From a virus (Duplodnaviria > Caudoviricetes), in the IMG/VR virus record IMGVR_UViG_3300027804_000038, positions 96,001 to 160,000 of that record: DNA of 64,000 bases; one strand, given 5' to 3'. The position numbers were made by a program, and so were the translations under genes. Position 1 is the stretch's first letter. Each line of letters opens with the position of its first letter. Under the pieces are notes generated by a model, which saw nothing but the letters and a program-made list of their open reading frames with translations, was not told where the DNA came from and did no database searches. Of this stretch, positions 59,501-64,000 are shown piece after piece.

Positions 59501-62171
59501 TGGTAGTAATTTAGATGCGTTATCGTATAATACATTTACTGGCTCAACAACAAGAAAGTTATTAATATTACAAAGAGGAGTTGATGTACATTCTCCACCA
59601 ATATCTCAAAAAATTGATTTGTCTAGATTATATGGATATCCAAATTACGGGGCACAAAATAATCAGTTTGTAATTGAGGGTAATTTTAGAATGAATATAC
59701 CAATACAGGACGGGTCACCTCAAAATGTGTCTGGATTAAAACTACCAAGACACAATCAAATACTAACAAATTCTGATGATAGTGAGGGTATTGGTATTTT
59801 TTATGACAGTTATTTATTTAATTATTCAAATAACTTTAGTGCTTTTACAACCACACTACCTAATTATTATTCGGCTTTAGATATAAATGCTTATTGGAAT
59901 TCGGGTGTATGGAACCCTGGTTGTTCAGGACCCACAAATATGGTTGAACCAAGTTCTGAAAACACTGTTTCTCAGCAATATATGGTTATTGACATACATA
60001 ATGGTTTTGGTGTTAATTTTAGTAGATATAAAGCGACTAGTGATTCTGCGAGATGCACTAGGTGCTTTCCAATTAATGCTGGACCTATTGCCGATTGTTA
60101 TTTTAACGGTGACGAAATTGCTTCTTATGGTTGGTACCGAAATGTTGGTCAAATTGGTAGTGATTACATTTATAATTCAGAAACCAATAGGGTTTCAGGA
60201 TACTGGATTGATAGTAATAAAAAAGAATATGTTGAAGGTGGGTCGGCTATGGGATTTAGATGGAGTAATAGTTATCCTGGTGGCGCTAGATTATATAGTT
60301 CTGGATATCAGGGGGGATATCCTAATGCTACTTGGTGTGGTTATTCTAATAACAACGAATGTGATGGTGCAATAGCACATTCGTTAGGTAATGTTTTATA
60401 TTTATCTCCAGCATACGCCGCATTTCCTGAAGTACAAACTGGGCCTCAAGATTATGTAACACCTAATCATCAAATATCTGTAAACAATAGACATAAAATT
60501 GTTTTTAGAACAGATAGATTGCCGACTTCAACAACCCTAAGTACAAATGGTAATGGTAATGGATTTTTATTACATCAAAACCCAACCTTTGCAATATTTA
60601 AATTCGGTACAGGATGTACGTACGTTCAACAAGGTGGTGAACCAGCGAATCAAATTAATTCTGTTGATATTGATTATAATACTTTACCTGGAGGTGAAGA
60701 CGGGGCTATTGCTAATATATCACAGTCATTAAGTGAATGTAGTAAAGCTGTAGATTTAAATAGTTATGGTGTTGAAAATAATCAACCTGTTATTTATGAC
60801 CTTGACCCTTATAGTAAACAAAATAAATACTTATGGTTTAATAGAGGTGAAGGGTGTTACAATTTAGTTTCAAGACCTATATTATCATTATTTAGAAAAG
60901 ACATTCCTGGAGACCCTGATGGTAGAGGTTATAGCGATATCGCAATGGTGGTTGAATGGGTTCAAAGATTAAAACTTAATTTTGCACTTTGTTTTGACGT
61001 AATATCCCACACGTATTCTAATAATTGGATAAACGGTACATTATATGCGTACTCTTTCCAAAACACAACGTTTTTTGATAGTCAAAACCAACCATATAGG
61101 TTATATTGTAAAGATACTATTTATTTTAATGACTCAATAAATAATTACTTCTACAGGAGCAGTCCATATGATGGTATTAATTTTATAGGTAAAGAGGCTT
61201 TACCAAACTCAAGCCCATCATCAGTTTACGGTAATTTCAAAAATTTATTATACCCAACGACAATATTAGACATTGGGCCAAAAGTTGAATTTATACAAGA
61301 ATTAGTTAGTTCGGATGAATATGATGGATACATAATAAATCAGGTGCCATCAACATCATTTAAAAATGTTAGTGATATTCTTAATTTATTTGTTTTAAGT
61401 CGATTAATAAACACTACATTTATTCAAACATTAATTCCTTCTACTGCAGATGATGGTAATGAGGAAGGTGGTGACGACCCATCAGTCGGAGCATTTTTCG
61501 CAAACAAAAGATGGAAAAATGGGGCATTGTATTTTAACGGGTTAATACCTGGAGTGATTGATGCTGATTATAGTCAGTTAATATCTATTAATTCTGAATT
61601 TGGACTTACTGAGTATTCTAGTGAAAGTTATGATAACACTTCTGTTGTATTTTTAGAGGATGATTTAGGTAATAGTGTATTCGGACTTTTACTTACTGGG
61701 GACACCCAAGCTAGAGATTACGTATCTCCAAGAAGAACTATATGGAATCAAAACGCAGTTGTACCTGGAACTCAGGCTGATTTTACCTACATACCAACTA
61801 AAACCCAAGTAGTACCTTTTTATCAGTGGGAGATTAATTACCAAAATAACACACCGTCAATTTTTGGATATCAGTCTAATAATTATTTAACAAATACTGG
61901 AGCGTTTTTCTCATACAAGTACCAAGGATTAGATAGGTTTAATCCTTCTTCGGAGTACTTTGAACCTGATGGTAATTTAATACGTAATTTCAGAGGGTAT
62001 ATTGTTAATTTTGATACAAATGGTAACCCAACATATAACTACTCTCAGTCACCAAACAGTCCTGTAACTTTTGGTTCTCCGTTTAATTTCTATTTTGGAT
62101 TAAAAGTTGGGGGTAGTGCTATGGATAGATTTATAACTAAATATGTAAACACAAATGAAGTGATAATATGA
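56544..62171 (+). CDS. Very large Cys-rich baseplate/tail-associated protein with an internal hydrophobic hairpin (1875 aa)
   Basis: N-terminal Ig-like segment (GVVCGRV...PNAKVAIF...TNDSGDFMIFGVPVG); follows the wedge genes; about 66-aa hydrophobic stretch. Confidence 0.55.
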   Translation: MSNSYRIRTEVGVDKYLQVKLEQDYDQLDILSFSIFPNDVYTRNCPDFGVVCGRVFCNKGFGLPNAKVAIFIPISDEDELNPIISTLYPYKSFEDLNEDGYKYNLLPYTKSHSGHVPVGTFPEREDVLLDSSVIEVYDKYYKFTVKTNDSGDFMIFGVPVGQHNLFMQIDLSDIGEFSLTPQDLIRIGRATESQVNGASFKFSENYSELPQIVTLQKIIQVAPFYGQPDICDYYIVRADFDLTTESSITLEPTAVFMGSLISTNDRKKIKRTCKTPAKAGWLCDLITGPGQIETIRQTVDSDVDGRPVLEDFRLENDGKIIDDNGTWVVEVPMNLEYVYTDEYGNRLVSNDPTVGVPTKGKYRFKIKWQQSPKLSEENKRGYFLVPNIKEYGWESSSNDPSNQSIASGSITLNHNSDPQELVFGAQFNDNAININNSQNVQSYEILVNDVVVPEYQTTIPICNLDSGDIVKIRYTLTDTSVDGELFVTILTESQWLQQCSYAYSLSWEDYGNDLMVNEAINCEDRFFELQYNKVYTVSQLLDRVTRQKFPYAPQKSIQIKHITDSKCEGDYNPFPTNDAYFRYDFIYLALTLILTILKFVLVPLVVIVHVLAFLWPIFAIIIIVISVIANIVIAICNGINSVAGLLGLSFDCPSPIPIDSEIFSNNPFKNIKLPLFLYTEDGCERCRCNIDGVDVSDNAYSDSLSQWTAQNSLQNTSNLIDFTSLNSYGNVNYIQSVLLAGSNDPDRPCIDRVPYYNNNSATYYISSSLPIAERLNLFNTKAKYFDNTNSNLSPGNTGWNQIKVTWFPEANGNLNHFDNTLVLLIETTGFSRGDIISFQNPAMSNDINANNITGATSIPETITVRYANPVFGLGESQVTYAMPWYSEEQRELTRTTCFKADIEYFQVLDIVDFDTYKSNANPLSNNDNRFSLPWRFLDSSHIFNGDVGVNGTSSWGFDNSMAYFTESTENANAAIEACRYGVFHKYGSNLDALSYNTFTGSTTRKLLILQRGVDVHSPPISQKIDLSRLYGYPNYGAQNNQFVIEGNFRMNIPIQDGSPQNVSGLKLPRHNQILTNSDDSEGIGIFYDSYLFNYSNNFSAFTTTLPNYYSALDINAYWNSGVWNPGCSGPTNMVEPSSENTVSQQYMVIDIHNGFGVNFSRYKATSDSARCTRCFPINAGPIADCYFNGDEIASYGWYRNVGQIGSDYIYNSETNRVSGYWIDSNKKEYVEGGSAMGFRWSNSYPGGARLYSSGYQGGYPNATWCGYSNNNECDGAIAHSLGNVLYLSPAYAAFPEVQTGPQDYVTPNHQISVNNRHKIVFRTDRLPTSTTLSTNGNGNGFLLHQNPTFAIFKFGTGCTYVQQGGEPANQINSVDIDYNTLPGGEDGAIANISQSLSECSKAVDLNSYGVENNQPVIYDLDPYSKQNKYLWFNRGEGCYNLVSRPILSLFRKDIPGDPDGRGYSDIAMVVEWVQRLKLNFALCFDVISHTYSNNWINGTLYAYSFQNTTFFDSQNQPYRLYCKDTIYFNDSINNYFYRSSPYDGINFIGKEALPNSSPSSVYGNFKNLLYPTTILDIGPKVEFIQELVSSDEYDGYIINQVPSTSFKNVSDILNLFVLSRLINTTFIQTLIPSTADDGNEEGGDDPSVGAFFANKRWKNGALYFNGLIPGVIDADYSQLISINSEFGLTEYSSESYDNTSVVFLEDDLGNSVFGLLLTGDTQARDYVSPRRTIWNQNAVVPGTQADFTYIPTKTQVVPFYQWEINYQNNTPSIFGYQSNNYLTNTGAFFSYKYQGLDRFNPSSEYFEPDGNLIRNFRGYIVNFDTNGNPTYNYSQSPNSPVTFGSPFNFYFGLKVGGSAMDRFITKYVNTNEVII

Positions 62172-63943
62172 GCGATTTAGGTAGTATAAATTTTGTAAAA
62201 GGTAGTTTAAGGTATAAAGGTGCCGTTGAGGAAGGTATTGATTTAACAATACCGCTAAGTGGTAAAATAAAAGAATTAGATGAATTTGAAAGAAATATAT
62301 CGGCTAGTTTAGGTGAGGTTTATAATATGGAAAGACAAAAGTCTACCTTATTTGTACCGACATGTAAATTCCAAGTTATTTTTTCAAATTCATATACAGG
62401 ACTAACACAAACACCTTTTAATCCTTATCCTCCATTTAATAATAATTTATATTATTTTGATGAGTTAAATTATAAACAGTTACAATTATTACAACCAAAC
62501 ACAATTGCTTGGGCGGGTTACCCACAGTATAATGAATTTAATTTTATCAGAACTGATTATAATATAGAAGGATACACTGCCCCACCACAATATCATGTTT
62601 ATTCTGAACCCATGGAGGCGACAAGATATAATTGGTATTTTTATTTAACATATACCAATTCAAGTGACGACAGTAGATTTTTACAATATGAGTTTTCTGA
62701 TGGACAAATTATTAATTGGCAACCAAAGAATGGAATACCGTACCAAATGACTCAAACAACATTCAACGGTAAAAATGTTTGGAAGTTTAAATGTCCAGTA
62801 AACCATAATTTAAAAGTTGGTGAATACGTTGAGTTAGATTTTGATATACAGGGAGTGGTAAGATTCCAAGTGTATACCTTAGGCGACGAGATTTATGGTT
62901 CAGAAGATAAGATTTTTAATATTTTAGATGTTGGTTTTCCTACATCACCTTCACCAGGATTTGGATTAAATAACATTGGTCAATTTAAAAGAATTGTTAA
63001 TAATGATAATCCAATTGAAAGTAAATCAGAATATTATGTTAGAAAACACAAAGTATTAACTAATTACACAGGTTCGGTTGTTACTAATTCAGGGTTTGAA
63101 CAAAACGCATTTAGAACCACCAAAAAATACGAATCAAAAGAATTAACACCTAATTTTTTAGCAAGAACTTCTATAAAAGAGGGTTCACAGTCCTATAATA
63201 TATCATTTCAAGAAACACTTAATATAAATGGATTATATGATAATAAAAATAGACCTATAAGTGAATTATTTGTAACTGTAGTTAATAGAGGTTATTTTGG
63301 ATATTTTAATAAACCATTCCCGACAGGTACAGGTAACGCATTAAAAGAAGGATGGGCATTTAATATTTCATCTGAAACAACAAATTGGTGGAACCGAAAT
63401 AATATAAATTCTGAAGTCAATTTGGGTACAAATTATTTTAGCCCAATAATACCTGGATACCAAAATAGATTTTTTTGGTCAAATGATTCTTATGAAATAG
63501 GTGATGAGATTTATGGTGACTTATGTGAGTGGAATAATATTACACAACAAGAAACAGTAATATCTAAATACTACCAAAAATTCACATATAATCCTGACAA
63601 TTTTAATATTGGTGGTAGTATAGATAACCCATTAGGGTATTATTATAATCCTCATTATAATATTAAAATTAAAGATTTTTCTGACTATATAGAAGAAAGC
63701 TCTACAATAAACGTTGTAGACATCCCAAACTATGCGTATTACTCACAATATGAAAATAGATTTATATGGAGAGATATGTATTCTTATGGTTTTATTGATT
63801 CTGACGGTAATGGTGTTGATTATCCATTTATGAATAACAAACACTATCCTTATGAAAATTTTATTTTTAGGATAATACCTGAAGGCTCAAATATTACACA
63901 AATAAGCACAATAGAAATACCTATAATAGATGATTGTGAATAA
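62168..63943 (+). CDS. Hypothetical structural protein (591 aa)
   Basis: Tyr/Asn/Phe-rich, coupled to neighbours in the baseplate operon. Confidence 0.55.
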   Translation: MSDLGSINFVKGSLRYKGAVEEGIDLTIPLSGKIKELDEFERNISASLGEVYNMERQKSTLFVPTCKFQVIFSNSYTGLTQTPFNPYPPFNNNLYYFDELNYKQLQLLQPNTIAWAGYPQYNEFNFIRTDYNIEGYTAPPQYHVYSEPMEATRYNWYFYLTYTNSSDDSRFLQYEFSDGQIINWQPKNGIPYQMTQTTFNGKNVWKFKCPVNHNLKVGEYVELDFDIQGVVRFQVYTLGDEIYGSEDKIFNILDVGFPTSPSPGFGLNNIGQFKRIVNNDNPIESKSEYYVRKHKVLTNYTGSVVTNSGFEQNAFRTTKKYESKELTPNFLARTSIKEGSQSYNISFQETLNINGLYDNKNRPISELFVTVVNRGYFGYFNKPFPTGTGNALKEGWAFNISSETTNWWNRNNINSEVNLGTNYFSPIIPGYQNRFFWSNDSYEIGDEIYGDLCEWNNITQQETVISKYYQKFTYNPDNFNIGGSIDNPLGYYYNPHYNIKIKDFSDYIEESSTINVVDIPNYAYYSQYENRFIWRDMYSYGFIDSDGNGVDYPFMNNKHYPYENFIFRIIPEGSNITQISTIEIPIIDDCE

Positions 63944-64000
63944 AATAAAATTAACCCCATCATTTAATGATAGAACTGTCCAAATTCCTATTGGTCAAAA
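63936..64000 (+). CDS. Start of the next gene, truncated by the window
   Basis: GTG AAT AAA... gives MNKIKLTPSFNDRTVQIPIGQ, overlapping the previous stop. Confidence 0.45.
   Translation, partial: MNKIKLTPSFNDRTVQIPIGQ

Noticed and set aside
2244-60732. Many short alternative-frame or antisense ORFs in the track (e.g. 2244+, 6135+, 9808-, 30541-, 45254-, 53284-, 59887+)
   Set aside because: They lie inside well-supported genes, have shadow-like composition and lack promoter motifs.
1-64000. Giant eukaryotic virus origin (GT60, SNF2, eukaryote-like RNR)
   Set aside because: T4-like tail and baseplate genes, overlapping operons and bacterial-type promoters and terminators.
1-64000. Stop-codon recoding as in some jumbo phages
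   Set aside because: Code 11 yields near-complete tiling with intact long genes, and TAA, TAG and TGA all end genes.
1-64000. tRNA, rRNA or structured ncRNA genes
   Set aside because: Intergenic gaps are short (mostly under about 120 nt) and no cloverleaf or TTCGA T-loop context was recognised; a covariance-model scan would be needed to exclude them fully.

Overview
AT-rich (roughly 30% GC by eye), gene-dense segment of a large T4-like contractile-tailed (jumbo-type) bacteriophage genome, read in standard code 11. From left to right it holds: a leftward glycosyltransferase/dUTPase/exonuclease operon; a leftward hypothetical operon with a stand-alone WYL protein; a rightward operon with a Cys-rich LamG-like protein, five glycosyltransferase-like genes (one GT60-like) and two BppU-like proteins, one with a mucin-like Thr/Pro repeat; family B DNA polymerase; neck, Mn-type SOD and SNF2 helicase; the tail module (gp14/gp15-like, sheath, tube, chaperone-like pair, tape measure, hub proteins); a replication/nucleotide module (gp32-like SSB, RecA/UvsX, 5'-3' exonuclease, DnaB-like helicase, NrdB, NrdA); a flavoprotein; and baseplate wedge genes. 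No tRNA, rRNA, CRISPR array, integrase, transposase or reverse transcriptase was seen. The best leads are (1) a candidate virion O-glycosylation pathway encoded next to its mucin-like substrate, (2) unrelated enzymes (SOD, flavoprotein, HAD phosphatase, WYL) sharing N-terminal Glu-ending leaders that resemble capsid-targeting peptides, (3) a two-class promoter code (TTGAyT/A-N17-TAnnnT versus TATTTAT), and (4) a possible +1 frameshift in the tail chaperone. All family assignments come from motif recognition by eye, not database searches.
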